Assembly: GCA_964534365.1 (NCBI GenBank)
Contig: CAZHOI010000001.1
Coordinates: forward strand, 188,171 to 252,170
Direction of reading: 5' to 3'
DNA: 64,000 nt
Source of the DNA: an uncultured Candidatus Saccharibacteria bacterium
GTDB taxonomy: Bacteria; Patescibacteriota; Minisyncoccia; Phycocordibacterales; SW-6-46-9
Shown in pieces: positions 16,889 to 26,790 of this stretch. Made by a program: the position numbers and the translations under genes. The notes under the pieces are model-generated. The model saw only the letters and a program-made list of their open reading frames with translations. It was not told the origin of the DNA and made no database searches. Each line of letters opens with the position of its first letter. Position 1 is the first letter of the stretch.

Positions 16889-17677
16889 TTAACTTTCCAA
16901 TAAGCCTATCATGTTGGCTTCGTCTCCAATATTTGACTTGTAAATCTTTATTTGTTCTACAAACGAATAATTCATAATTGTCTGGTTTACAGAATTTTGA
17001 ATCTGATCAATTTTATATGCTGGGGTGCCTAAAACCATACTGCCGGCCAAGACTAAATTTGATGCCGACCAGCCAATCGCCAGTTGGGCCAGGTCCATAC
17101 CTAGATCCTGCGACCGACATCTCCAAAAATCGTCATCATTGATTTGGTAGGGCTCGATTCTGAACTCATCTCGTACTGCGTGTCCGCCATAGTAATCCTC
17201 TAAGGTCAATTCTGGTTGGACGGTTGATCTAAGGTGGCCGGGCTCGAACCCAAAATCATTAATAGCAATTGATCCGTTAGTAATTCTGGCACCACCAAAA
17301 CCAGTACCAATTGCCAAATAACCAAAATGATTGATTCCCTGCCGAGACATCATATTAATTTGAGCCAGCGATCCTGCTTCAACATCATTTAGCAACAATT
17401 CTAAATTTAGACCTGGCCTTTGTAATTCATCTTTTAGATCTATCCCCTGCCAACTAGCATCTAAATTGGGGACAAAAATAATTTGACCATTTCGTACCCC
17501 GCCGGCAATCGCGCCTCTAATCACATTTATTTTAGCTTTGTCTGCATATCTTTTTAATTTGGAAATAAAATCTTCTACTTTTGCAGTTGGGAATTTTTCA
17601 ATACCAACTAATTGATTATCATTTGATCTAGCGATTCGCGTATTAGTCCCCCCAATATCAAAAACAATTTTATTCAT
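16889..17677 (-). CDS. ROK/BadF-type sugar kinase family protein (glucokinase-like)
   Basis: N-terminal FDIGGTNTRIA phosphate-1 motif and LAIGTGFGGARI; start taken at MNKIVF. Confidence 0.7.
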   Translation of the reverse strand: MNKIVFDIGGTNTRIARSNDNQLVGIEKFPTAKVEDFISKLKRYADKAKINVIRGAIAGGVRNGQIIFVPNLDASWQGIDLKDELQRPGLNLELLLNDVEAGSLAQINMMSRQGINHFGYLAIGTGFGGARITNGSIAINDFGFEPGHLRSTVQPELTLEDYYGGHAVRDEFRIEPYQINDDDFWRCRSQDLGMDLAQLAIGWSASNLVLAGSMVLGTPAYKIDQIQNSVNQTIMNYSFVEQIKIYKSNIGDEANMIGLLES

Positions 17678-17701
17678 TAAATTCATTATCACATAAATCG
17701 C

Positions 17702-18573
17702 TTAAGTAGAAAGAAACTCTTCAACTATTTTTTTATCCTCTAGTATTTGTTCGAATTTTTTTTGATCTACAGTACTACCTTCAAACGCTAAACCTAAATT
17801 TTTGAAAGCCATTTTGAGGACGTGCCTTACCCCAGCTGGAGTAAGGTCAAATTCTTTAGCCAACATTGTAGTCGATTTTAATTTCTCAGGATCAAATGAT
17901 TGATACCTAGATCTTAATAAATTTGCAGTTCTCTCGGTTAAATCTCTATCCGACTTGTCGCTAAATTCAATTAGAAATTTATCTATAGACTCTAGCTTCA
18001 AAACTGCATCTACTTCGAGATAAATTTTTTGTTCGCTGGTAACACCATGGGTGTGTCTATAGAATTCATGAACGGTTCTGCCATTATTTTCATCTAATAT
18101 TTCATATAGACATTCAACCCACTACTAAAGTCTCGGGAAGGTATATTAACAGATTTATCATATTTTTGAATCGCTCGACTTATGGTTGCCTGAATCCACC
18201 CATACGCATAAGAATTGAGGGTATTGTCTCGTGATAGATCAAATTTTTCTATAGCTCGATTCAGTCCTATTATGCCAAAGGAGATTAAATCTGAAACAGT
18301 TAGGTTGGTAATGTCATTAATATAATTTAGAGCCACCTTATTTATAATTTTTAAATTATATTGAATTAATAAAGTCTTGGCTTCTTCATTTCCCCTTTTA
18401 TATTGGGTTATTAAAAATCCCTCTTCCTCTTTATCAAGGATTGGATGGTCTAAAGGATTATCTAAATTATCTACCGCCGCCTTTAATCGCCTGAACTTTT
18501 CATCGGATTTTTCCTGCTGATTACCGTTTTCTAGAACAGCCGCTTCGGGAGTAGTATCATCAAACGACCACAT
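17702..18573 (-). pseudogene. RNA polymerase sigma-70 family factor interrupted by a -1 frameshift near 18094-18124
   Basis: Upstream frame encodes regions 1.2-2.4 (DLISFGIIGLNRAIEKFD, YAYGWIQATISRAIQ) and stops at 18094; another frame continues GRTVHEFYRHTHGVTSEQKIYLEV (region 3) into region 4 (LTERTANLLRSRY...TMLAKEFDLTPAGVRHVLKMAFKNL); the two frames overlap over 18094-18124. Confidence 0.65.
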
Positions 18574-18602
18574 TGTATTTATTGTACCAAATAAAGTTTT
18601 AT

Positions 18603-18614
18603 TTTTTGCGCGGT
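18603..18614. repeat. 12-nt direct repeat of the tRNA-Asp 3' end (GCGCGGTCGACC); possible att scar
   Basis: Identical to 18816-18827 inside tRNA-Asp and 190 bp away. Confidence 0.4.
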
Positions 18615-18814
18615 CGACCCTTCTTCGCCAAGGCTACGAACGGGCACAGCCGGAATCTCATATAAACATATTTTTTATCCCCAAACCCCTACTTTGAAAA
18701 CCCGAGGGGCAACGCTTTGCTGCTTTCCTACTTGGGGATAAAAAGTTCGAATCCAGTCTCTAATACAAATCAAACAAAAATACCGAGCGTAAAGCTCAGT
18801 ATTTTTATTCGAAG

Positions 18815-18889
18815 CGCGGTCGACCGGATTCGAACCGGCGATCTTCTGCGTGACAGGCAGACGTGTTAACCTAGCTACACCACGACCGC
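18815..18889 (-). tRNA. tRNA-Asp (anticodon GTC)
   Basis: Minus strand GCGGTCG-TG-GTAG...TCTGC-CTGTCAC-GCAGA...CGCCG-GTTCGAATCC-GGTCGACCGC-G; anticodon loop CTGTCAC. Confidence 0.9.
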
Positions 18890-18942
18890 ATATTTACGTG
18901 GAACTAGATTGTATCTTAGCGAGAAACTAGTTTGCACGCAAC

Positions 18943-18977
18943 AAAAAAACTTCCTTATTTCACAGGAAGTTTTTTTT
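18943..18977. terminator. Bidirectional rho-independent terminator
   Basis: AAAAAAACTTCCT-TATTTCAC-AGGAAGTTTTTTTT, a hairpin flanked by an A-run and a T-run, between the minus gene 18985-19554 and tRNA-Asp. Confidence 0.6.
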
Positions 18978-18984
18978 GATTCGC

Positions 18985-19554
18985 CTAGGCTGGCAGTTCA
19001 ATATCAACCGATTCAACTAACAAATAAAACCTGGCAGTATTATCTAGTTCTAAATTATCACTTTCATAACTAGACAGGTCGCGCCTGGAATCATCCAAGG
19101 TTATTATTTCACCCGATAGCGACAGGGTTTGTCCAACGTTAATGTCAGTTTGTGATTCAGGTAGATCTAGTTCTTGTTCTAGTAAGGCCCGTAAATTAAT
19201 TGTCCCATCAGATACTACAAATCCGCGGTCACTATATAGGTCTACCACCTCGACATCTGATAAGTTGACACTAACCCCTTCGATATCTTCACTCGTTGCC
19301 AGACTAGTTAGCTGCGACAGACTGTAGACAGTATTGACCTCGTTGGCTCCGGTAGGATCCTCGCCATCGGCCAGCATAGAGGTTTCGGTTACAGTATCTA
19401 GATTAATATCCCGGCTAATATCTAAATCTTGATCAGCTAGGTCGTACCAACCTAGTAGTAGTCCGATTAGCAGTAATAACAGTAGCAATCCCAGTAACCA
19501 CCATGGCCAAGTTTTCTTTTGACCCACTAATCTTGTTTCGTTTTTATTTTCCAT
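18985..19554 (-). CDS. Hypothetical membrane-anchored acidic protein
   Basis: N-terminal TM WPWWLLGLLLLLLLIGLLLGW. Confidence 0.5.
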   Translation of the reverse strand: MENKNETRLVGQKKTWPWWLLGLLLLLLLIGLLLGWYDLADQDLDISRDINLDTVTETSMLADGEDPTGANEVNTVYSLSQLTSLATSEDIEGVSVNLSDVEVVDLYSDRGFVVSDGTINLRALLEQELDLPESQTDINVGQTLSLSGEIITLDDSRRDLSSYESDNLELDNTARFYLLVESVDIELPA

Positions 19555-19556
19555 AT

Positions 19557-20906
19557 TTATTTATCATTATCATTAGTTTCTAATTTTCGATCCTCATTAG
19601 ATAAATCTGGACCAGACGTATCAACAGAAGTAAGTAATAGTTCTAATACCCCCGCTGATCGAGCCTTGTCAATAGATTCTCGTGTGATGATCTGACCGGT
19701 ATCTAATAGCACATCGTCGTTTTTATCCAATACTACCCTATTTGTTGGACGTCCCAGCGCGCGTTGAATACGTTTTTCCTGAACTTTGTCTTCGGCTTGA
19801 TTAAACAATTGTGAAGCCTTGGACTTTAAAGTATTCCATGCTGATCCGGCTGCCTGTTTGGCATTGTCGCCAGATCGACTGATTTTTTGGTCCATAACTT
19901 TGCGAGAAGACAGATTTACGGCATTTAATAAATCGGCAGATTTATCGGCTTTCTTGGCCTTGGTTACAACGCTGTCGTCAACATATTGTCCTTGGGCAAC
20001 TACGATATAACCCTCATCACTGTAAACCGTATGATTAGCCCGACGCCCTTTAGCTTCGTCAACTGTTTTGGCTGCAGTTGCTTCAATTGCATCTTGGCGT
20101 TGCTGTTGATACTTTGCTTTGGCATCATCAGATAATTCAGCGTATTTTGTGCTGGCCTCGTCGTATTTAACTTTGGCTTCAGCTGATAATTCGCTGTATT
20201 TTTCTTTAGAAATTTCTCGATAATCTTCCAGCTTGTCTGAAGTCTCACTTTTTAATAATTCGGCTCGCACCTTGGCTTCATCATATTTTTTCTTGGCTTC
20301 GGTCGACATGGCATCATACTTTTCTTTGGAAACTTCTTTAAAATCTTCATATTTAGCATGAGCTTTTTCTAAATATGGGTCTACTGCGCCTTTAACACCG
20401 CCAGTTTGTTTGTGAATTACATCAGCAAATTCATTTGGCACAAAAGCAACATCTTCGCCTAGACGCAATGATTGGGGGGTTGGTAGATATGATTTGCCAG
20501 TATAAGCATCAGAGAATATACCGCCTGAAACCTCGTATCCTTCGATATGTCCATTCATCTCACTAAAATATACGTCACTGATCTTGCCCAGATCGCGTCC
20601 GTCTTCGGTTAGTAATTTGGTACCAACTACCACATTATCAGCTGCCAAACGATTATTGATAACCTCGACATCAGAGGCGGTTTTTACCAATTCTGGTGAT
20701 TCGATCACAATGGCATCGGGTCCAATTGTGCTAACCTCGGCAATGGCAACTACTTTCGAGCTAGCCAATAAACCACCCTCATCAAGTAACAATCCAAGCA
20801 CTCGCCCATCGACGCCCGAGAAAATAATGTCCTCGACTTTTCCTAGTTCTTTTCCTTCAGCAAAGTCTACTACTTTGCGTCCGACTAAATCTTTTCCTTT
20901 ATACAT
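19557..20906 (-). CDS. PRC-barrel domain protein with long K/E-rich coiled-coil region
   Basis: Two PRC-barrel-like segments (GRKVVDFAEGKELGKVEDIIF; GTKLLTEDGRDLGKISDVYF). Confidence 0.6.
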   Translation of the reverse strand: MYKGKDLVGRKVVDFAEGKELGKVEDIIFSGVDGRVLGLLLDEGGLLASSKVVAIAEVSTIGPDAIVIESPELVKTASDVEVINNRLAADNVVVGTKLLTEDGRDLGKISDVYFSEMNGHIEGYEVSGGIFSDAYTGKSYLPTPQSLRLGEDVAFVPNEFADVIHKQTGGVKGAVDPYLEKAHAKYEDFKEVSKEKYDAMSTEAKKKYDEAKVRAELLKSETSDKLEDYREISKEKYSELSAEAKVKYDEASTKYAELSDDAKAKYQQQRQDAIEATAAKTVDEAKGRRANHTVYSDEGYIVVAQGQYVDDSVVTKAKKADKSADLLNAVNLSSRKVMDQKISRSGDNAKQAAGSAWNTLKSKASQLFNQAEDKVQEKRIQRALGRPTNRVVLDKNDDVLLDTGQIITRESIDKARSAGVLELLLTSVDTSGPDLSNEDRKLETNDNDK

Positions 20907-21219
20907 CTTTAATTTTATTATGGTTAATAACTTTATTATAGCAAACTGTACTAAATGTACAACTACCTAATTACTTTTAGTTTTTAAGACAAAAGCTTGA
21001 CTGTATAGAACAATGCCAAATAAAACTAGAAATTAACAAAGGTGAAAACACATCAAACCCTGCTAACAAATTGTCATGAATTGATTAAGTATATAAAGTC
21101 TTCTAAATATGCCTGTCATGATATCGTTAATTTAACGTGGGCAACCTTACTAAAAGAATTTGCTTGGAAAATTGCTAAAAGTAGAAATTACTAACTTAAT
21201 TATATAGAATAATGATTAA

Positions 21220-21293
21220 CTCGAGGTAGCTCAGTTGGTTAGAGCGGGCGTCTCATACGCGCCAGGTCGTGAGTTCGAATCTCACCCTCGAGA
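21220..21293 (+). tRNA. tRNA-Met (anticodon CAT), elongator-type
   Basis: Acceptor CTCGAGG/CCTCGAG (1-72 paired), D-arm GCTC-AGTTGGTTA-GAGC, anticodon stem GGCGT/GCGCC, loop CTCATAC, T-arm GTGAG-TTCGAAT-CTCAC. Confidence 0.85.
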
Positions 21294-21330
21294 CTATTTA
21301 CGCTCAGAAATTTTTGAAAATTTATTCGCT

Positions 21331-21361
21331 ATGGCATAGATTTTTAACAAAATCTATTAGC
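21331..21361. repeat. Palindromic motif ATGGCATAGATTTTTAACAAAATCTATTAGC, copy 1 of 2
   Basis: Near-identical copy at 57194-57225; inverted repeat ATAGATTTT/AAAATCTAT. Confidence 0.5.
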
Positions 21362-21428
21362 CTGCTAGACTGTTTTAATACCAATAAGCGAAATGCGTAG
21401 ATTGGGTAAATCCTCCCCTCGAGCAGGC

Positions 21429-21989
21429 TTAATTCAGATTGAGGCTCGTAACGTAAATTACTTCTGTTACTCCAACCAATGTTGTCCGTTCTTCACTAGT
21501 GATTTGAATTGTGCTGATTGACGCTATGTAGCCATCAAAAATAATAGTGTCACCGGCATCAATTTCAATTATATCTTCAGCCACTCCCAAATCTAGCACA
21601 TCTCCCAAATAAGCTATTTGACCTTGACTAGAACCTTCTAGGAAAATTTGAAAAAACCGATCGCTATAGACCGCTCCTACATATGCTGATTGATTTTCAA
21701 TATCATTTCTTCGATCAAAGTTTGTAGATCTGGCATTAATACCATCTATCACACTATCAGTAGTGGCTACCGTAACCCCGTCATCAATTAACACCTCGGG
21801 CGAATCATCAATGATAACCACGTCAGTGTCATCATTGGCCAGGCTCCATACCAATGCAAATAATAAAACTATTGCTAGTATGGTTATAAAAATCCAGGCG
21901 TATTTAGGATTTTCATCATGTAGAGCCGCGCGATTAACATGATGGTCTGTAACATCAACATTGCTTTCTGGGTTATTAAGATTTTTCAT
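21429..21989 (-). CDS. Hypothetical single-pass membrane protein
   Basis: TM helix WIFITILAIVLLFALVWSLA. Confidence 0.5.
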   Translation of the reverse strand: MKNLNNPESNVDVTDHHVNRAALHDENPKYAWIFITILAIVLLFALVWSLANDDTDVVIIDDSPEVLIDDGVTVATTDSVIDGINARSTNFDRRNDIENQSAYVGAVYSDRFFQIFLEGSSQGQIAYLGDVLDLGVAEDIIEIDAGDTIIFDGYIASISTIQITSEERTTLVGVTEVIYVTSLNLN

Positions 21990-22032
21990 ACCTTAATTAT
22001 AGCACTGCTGATATATTCAAATATAACAATTA

Positions 22033-22716
22033 CTATAGCTTGACCACCTCACCCTCGCCGATTACCCAAACTGAATCTGGCTGAAATTTATTAAATCGCA
22101 ATGAACCGTTAAAAGAACCAAAGGCCGGTAAAATTAAGCCCTTGCCCATTTGCACAAAGGCCGGTAATTTGCCCTCGCCCGGTAGCTTGTACCCTGGGTG
22201 TTCATGTCCCGAAATAAAACAATCAGTTTTGGCATCATTGCGATCGTGCACAAATTCGGCCCCCAATATTTCTAAACATGGCATAATTTCCAAATTCATT
22301 TTGTTTAATTCCGTTCGGGCCCAGCGGTCATGATTACCTTCTACCAAAATAAAGTTTTGTGAATTATTTTCAAAAAAATCTGCCAGAAGTTCAAAATCTG
22401 AGGTCGCACGCGAGTGGATTAAGTCACCCACTATTACCACTGTTTTAACATCATGCTGATCCAATAACATCTGTAGTCGCGCGAGATCTTGCTGGCCAAT
22501 TTCTGGTGCATATTGTCCCAAACGGCGCCAATGACTGTCTTTACCAAAATGAACATCAGCAAGAATAAGTGTCTTTTCACCAGGATTATAGACGACACGA
22601 TCAGGCAGCAATACCAATTCCAAATTACCAATTTCGAGGTGAGGGTTCAGATGATGAGGTGACATATACTGAATTAGATTATAAGATTTTAAAAGCCAAA
22701 CCGCAGTTTTTACCAC
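22033..22716 (-). CDS. pdeM: Ligase-associated DNA damage response endonuclease PdeM (metallophosphoesterase)
   Basis: Calcineurin-like motifs LADVHFG, GDLIH, GNHD; last gene of the exonuclease-ligase-helicase operon. Confidence 0.75.
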   Translation of the reverse strand: MVKTAVWLLKSYNLIQYMSPHHLNPHLEIGNLELVLLPDRVVYNPGEKTLILADVHFGKDSHWRRLGQYAPEIGQQDLARLQMLLDQHDVKTVVIVGDLIHSRATSDFELLADFFENNSQNFILVEGNHDRWARTELNKMNLEIMPCLEILGAEFVHDRNDAKTDCFISGHEHPGYKLPGEGKLPAFVQMGKGLILPAFGSFNGSLRFNKFQPDSVWVIGEGEVVKL

Positions 22717-22720
22717 TGAC

Positions 22721-25129
22721 CTAATCAGTTTTTGTTTCTAGTTGTAGTTGGTATTTTTTAATTCGCTCTTTAAAAGACTCGCTGGTTAATCGAGCCTTTA
22801 ATCGCTCGGCGACAACTGGAAAAGCAAATGGTGTTAGGCGATTGGGATTAGTAATGATAGGATCCAGTCTACCTAACCGATCAAGTTCATTTTTTACTTG
22901 ATCAATTTGTAAATCGTATGTTAGCACTTCAATCCTCGCTTGCTGGATTAGAGGATGGTTTGGTTCGAACTGCACCAGTGCTTCATAAAGGGTGTCGCTG
23001 GAGCCCGCTAAATGCGAATATCGTTTGGCTTGCCAAGGAAAACCGGGAAATAATAGCCCCCCAATCCTGGCAATGGTAGCAAAACGACGCTTGGCCAGTT
23101 CCGAGAAATTTTGTGAATCTACCAAATCGGTCATCACATTCTGAATTGTTAATAATTCATTCAGTTCAGCGGGTAAGTTGACGAGTTCAGCTGACTTGGA
23201 TAGTAATTCGAAACCATAATCATTTGCAGTAAAAGAAATTGTATCAGTGCGATTTTTTAACCAACGATGGGCAATCAAAGTCGCAATTTGTTCGTTGATT
23301 ACCTGTCCGGCAAACGGATAGATAACTATATGATGACCTTCGCGAGTTTTAAAATGCTCGATTAAAAGCTGGTTTTGGTTTGGCACCCTAGATCGCTGAT
23401 TTTGAATATTTATTAAATAACCGGCCTTATCATTCTGATTAGATACCACCCTACGTAATTCATCTGCAAGATGATCAGCAATTGGTAGCCGCGAGCCAGT
23501 CCAACGGGGTATAAACCCATCACCGCTACGCGTGCGCTTAACCGTAATATCAGTATTATGCATTCTCTGCACTTGGTAGAATTTACCTCCTAATTGAAAT
23601 TTATCCCCCGGTTTTAATTTGGCCGCAAAAGCATCATCAATTGTTCCAATTCGTCGCCGGCGGTTAATAATTTGGTAAGGTTGACCACCCTCGATAGTGC
23701 CGATGTTGAATCGATGACGCATAGCATGTCGTTTCGAAGCAATCTCAAGTTTTGTACCTGATTGAACCACATGCTGAAACTGCTCGTAACGACCCAGGGT
23801 TTTACCACCTTGGGTTACAATTGCTAAAACTTGCTGCCAAAAACTTTTGTCTAGATCATGGTAATAATAGCAGTTCTGCAACTCTTTCTTTAGAACTGAT
23901 TTATCCACTGCACTGCCGCAGACTCGGGTCGAAACATATTGCGCGGCGACGTCTAGCGCATTCTCTGGCAGCTGTGCTACTGGATCCAGCCTACCTTTCT
24001 GCAGTAAATTTTTTATTGCCTGAATCTCGAGTATTTCAAGGGTAAAGGTTGGCACCACAAACACTTCTGGGGCAACACCAGGTCGATGGTTCGAACGTCC
24101 AGCCCGCTGACGAAGTCGAGTAATTGATTTAGGCGACGACACTTGAACCACTAACTCTACTGACTGAAAATCCAATCCCAAATCCAAACTAGCGGTTGCT
24201 ATTACCACTCGAGCCGTACCGTTTTTAAGCTTTTCTTCGACTGATCGGCGATGATCGATTTCTAGTGAGCCATGATGTATTAAAACATCTGCTGGAGTTA
24301 ATATTTGCTTCTTATCTAATTTAACTTTTTCTTGGAGCGCTTCAAACCAGAATTCTGCCCCCGCTCGGGTATTAACAAAAATTATACTGGATGTAGCCTG
24401 GCTGACTAATTTATAAACCCGAGGCACCATTTTTAACCCAATGTGCCCCCGCCACGAATACGCCGCAGGGGTGTCTGGTTGCAATAGCGTAATTTTTTCC
24501 TTGATCCGGGATTTTTTTGGTGGCTGAATTAATTTGTAATGAGTATCGGTGTTAAATAAAGCTTTTGCTGCTAGATCTGGGTCTGAAATTGTAGCTGATA
24601 TGCCACAAATATCTTTTAAATTAAAACTTGTTGTCAAGGCACTGATACCTAGCGAGGTCTGTACCCCACGTTTGTTAGCTAACAGACTATGCCATTCATC
24701 AACCACTACTGATTCAATCTGATTCAATAGTTTATAGGCGGTTTTCTGTGATAGTAATAAATGTAGCGATTCCGGTGTCGTTACTAATACCCGCGGCGGT
24801 TTTTGGAACATCAATTTTTTGTCCGAGGCACTGGTATCGCCGGTCCGATACATTACCTTGTCAGCTAGGTCGAGTGTTCCAATGATATTTTCCAACGATT
24901 TAGCAGTGTCAAATGCCAGCGCCTTGAGTGGTGTAATCCACAATAAAGTCGTATTGGTTTTGATTGCCTGTTCTAATAATGGCAAAAACGCCGCCAAAGT
25001 CTTGCCCTCGCCGGTAGGGGCAGCAATCAAATTATAGCGATTTTTTCCTAAAGCCTGGTAAGACCGACGCTGCAAAGCAGTTGGTTCCCAGCGTTTTCTA
25101 TCGAAAAAATTTTTAAAAAAATCCGGCAT
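22721..25129 (-). CDS. Ligase-associated DNA damage response DEXH-box helicase (Lhr-core-like)
   Basis: Walker A APTGEGKT, DEWH box, helicase C motifs (QRAGRS); ~800 aa with a large C-terminal extension. Confidence 0.85.
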   Translation of the reverse strand: MPDFFKNFFDRKRWEPTALQRRSYQALGKNRYNLIAAPTGEGKTLAAFLPLLEQAIKTNTTLLWITPLKALAFDTAKSLENIIGTLDLADKVMYRTGDTSASDKKLMFQKPPRVLVTTPESLHLLLSQKTAYKLLNQIESVVVDEWHSLLANKRGVQTSLGISALTTSFNLKDICGISATISDPDLAAKALFNTDTHYKLIQPPKKSRIKEKITLLQPDTPAAYSWRGHIGLKMVPRVYKLVSQATSSIIFVNTRAGAEFWFEALQEKVKLDKKQILTPADVLIHHGSLEIDHRRSVEEKLKNGTARVVIATASLDLGLDFQSVELVVQVSSPKSITRLRQRAGRSNHRPGVAPEVFVVPTFTLEILEIQAIKNLLQKGRLDPVAQLPENALDVAAQYVSTRVCGSAVDKSVLKKELQNCYYYHDLDKSFWQQVLAIVTQGGKTLGRYEQFQHVVQSGTKLEIASKRHAMRHRFNIGTIEGGQPYQIINRRRRIGTIDDAFAAKLKPGDKFQLGGKFYQVQRMHNTDITVKRTRSGDGFIPRWTGSRLPIADHLADELRRVVSNQNDKAGYLINIQNQRSRVPNQNQLLIEHFKTREGHHIVIYPFAGQVINEQIATLIAHRWLKNRTDTISFTANDYGFELLSKSAELVNLPAELNELLTIQNVMTDLVDSQNFSELAKRRFATIARIGGLLFPGFPWQAKRYSHLAGSSDTLYEALVQFEPNHPLIQQARIEVLTYDLQIDQVKNELDRLGRLDPIITNPNRLTPFAFPVVAERLKARLTSESFKERIKKYQLQLETKTD

Positions 25130-25131
25130 AA

Positions 25132-26775
25132 TTATTTTGATCGCAAAAGGCTATTTGCTGCTTCTAGCGTATCTGCCTCGGACACTGGTTTGTCCTGTCG
25201 CCAGCGCAAAATTCGCGGAAACCGAACCGCCAACCCAGATTTGTGCCTGGCTGAGGGGGCAATACCCTCGAAGGCAATTTCAAAAACTTGACCAACTTTT
25301 ACCGTTCGCACTGGACCGAAACGCTCGAAAGTATTTTTCTTGATCCAGTTATCGACTTTGGCAATTTCTTTATCAGTCAAGCCAGAATACGCCTTTGCCA
25401 GCGGTACTAATTGGGCTTGACCTGGTTGAGGAAAGCCATCAATCGTATCCGGAATCGGTCCCGTCGACGTGTCCCATACCCCTAAAGTGTAGTCAGTATA
25501 GAGGGTGGCACGACGACCACTGCCACGCTGGGCATACATCAACACCATATCAAGTGTATAAGGGTCGACTTTCCACTTCCACCACTTGCCTTTTTTGCGT
25601 CCCACAAAATATTCTGACCCGCGATGTTTAATCATAACTCCTTCAGCATCCATGTCGCGGGCGGTATCTTTGATCTTCGATAATTGATCCCAAGAATTAA
25701 AAGATATTTCCTGGGAAAGGATGAGATTATTATGATTGACAATAGAGACAGCTTCTTCCAATAATTTTCTGCGCTTAGTCAGACTTTGATTGCGAACGTC
25801 ATTGCTATCATATTCAAAAATATCATAGGCAATAATGCCCACTGGATTCTTCTTCATCATTGCGCCTGAAACATTTTTGCGGCCCAATCGATTTTGCAAT
25901 GAGTTAAACGGCTGGATTTTACCGTTCTCGATGACGATTAATTCACCATCAATGGCGGTTCCGTCAGGAAGACCCGTGGCAATTTCGGCAAGATCAGGAA
26001 ATTGATCGGTAATCAAATCCTCACCCCGGGACCAAATATGAACCTCGCCAGATCGTTTAATAATCTGAGATCTAATACCATCCCATTTCCACTCGGCTTG
26101 CCATTCATCCGGATGACCCAATTCAGCAAAATCACGATCCAGTTGATATGCCAATGCAAACGGATAAGGTCTGGCGGTATTAGCCTGATCGCTGAATAAA
26201 ATTTCTTCCAGTGATTCAAATTCAGCAGGCGTCCATTTACCACCTAATCTAAACTGGACCTCATCTTCGGGTAATTCGTACGTTTGAGCAATTGACCGAT
26301 ACACTAATTTTTTTGACGCCCCCACTCGAAAAGCTCCGGTTATTAGTTTGTTAAATACAAAACGCTCCAGCCTAGGTAGTGATGCCCATACTTTTAATAC
26401 ATAGGCCTTCTTTTCTACAACTGATTTGTTTTTTAGATCAATTAATTCAACCGCCCATTTGCCAAGTCGTCTGTTGCGGTATTTTTTATTGGGCTCCGGT
26501 AGTATCAGCGTAATCGTTTCGGCCAGATCTGCAATCTGATTATAGCTCTCGGCAAATAACCAGTCAGGCACCGCAGCTAACTCGGCCGACCATTCTTTTA
26601 ACAGAGTACGATTTACTGGTTGCGGTAGGCGCTCGCCTGATAAAAACCAAGCCGCCCATAATTTATCATGATCCGAGACCTTTTTATTTTGGAAATAATT
26701 GTTTAAAGCCACTACTTTTTTAAGCGTTTTTGTAGTTCGATCCAGATTCTCGAATAATTTTGCCAAGTCTCTCAT
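25132..26775 (-). CDS. ATP-dependent DNA ligase (ligase-associated DNA-damage-response type)
   Basis: Adenylation motif I KWDGIR; OB-fold C-terminus; 3 bp from the helicase gene. Confidence 0.85.
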   Translation of the reverse strand: MRDLAKLFENLDRTTKTLKKVVALNNYFQNKKVSDHDKLWAAWFLSGERLPQPVNRTLLKEWSAELAAVPDWLFAESYNQIADLAETITLILPEPNKKYRNRRLGKWAVELIDLKNKSVVEKKAYVLKVWASLPRLERFVFNKLITGAFRVGASKKLVYRSIAQTYELPEDEVQFRLGGKWTPAEFESLEEILFSDQANTARPYPFALAYQLDRDFAELGHPDEWQAEWKWDGIRSQIIKRSGEVHIWSRGEDLITDQFPDLAEIATGLPDGTAIDGELIVIENGKIQPFNSLQNRLGRKNVSGAMMKKNPVGIIAYDIFEYDSNDVRNQSLTKRRKLLEEAVSIVNHNNLILSQEISFNSWDQLSKIKDTARDMDAEGVMIKHRGSEYFVGRKKGKWWKWKVDPYTLDMVLMYAQRGSGRRATLYTDYTLGVWDTSTGPIPDTIDGFPQPGQAQLVPLAKAYSGLTDKEIAKVDNWIKKNTFERFGPVRTVKVGQVFEIAFEGIAPSARHKSGLAVRFPRILRWRQDKPVSEADTLEAANSLLRSK

Positions 26776-26790
26776 AAACTATAATTCAAG

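Noticed and set aside
18598-18790. Second tRNA between tRNA-Asp and the sigma gene (because of GTTCGAATCC)
   Set aside because: The T-loop-like motif lacks flanking T-stem, acceptor and anticodon arms on either strand; it is interpreted as an att-scar or structured spacer instead.
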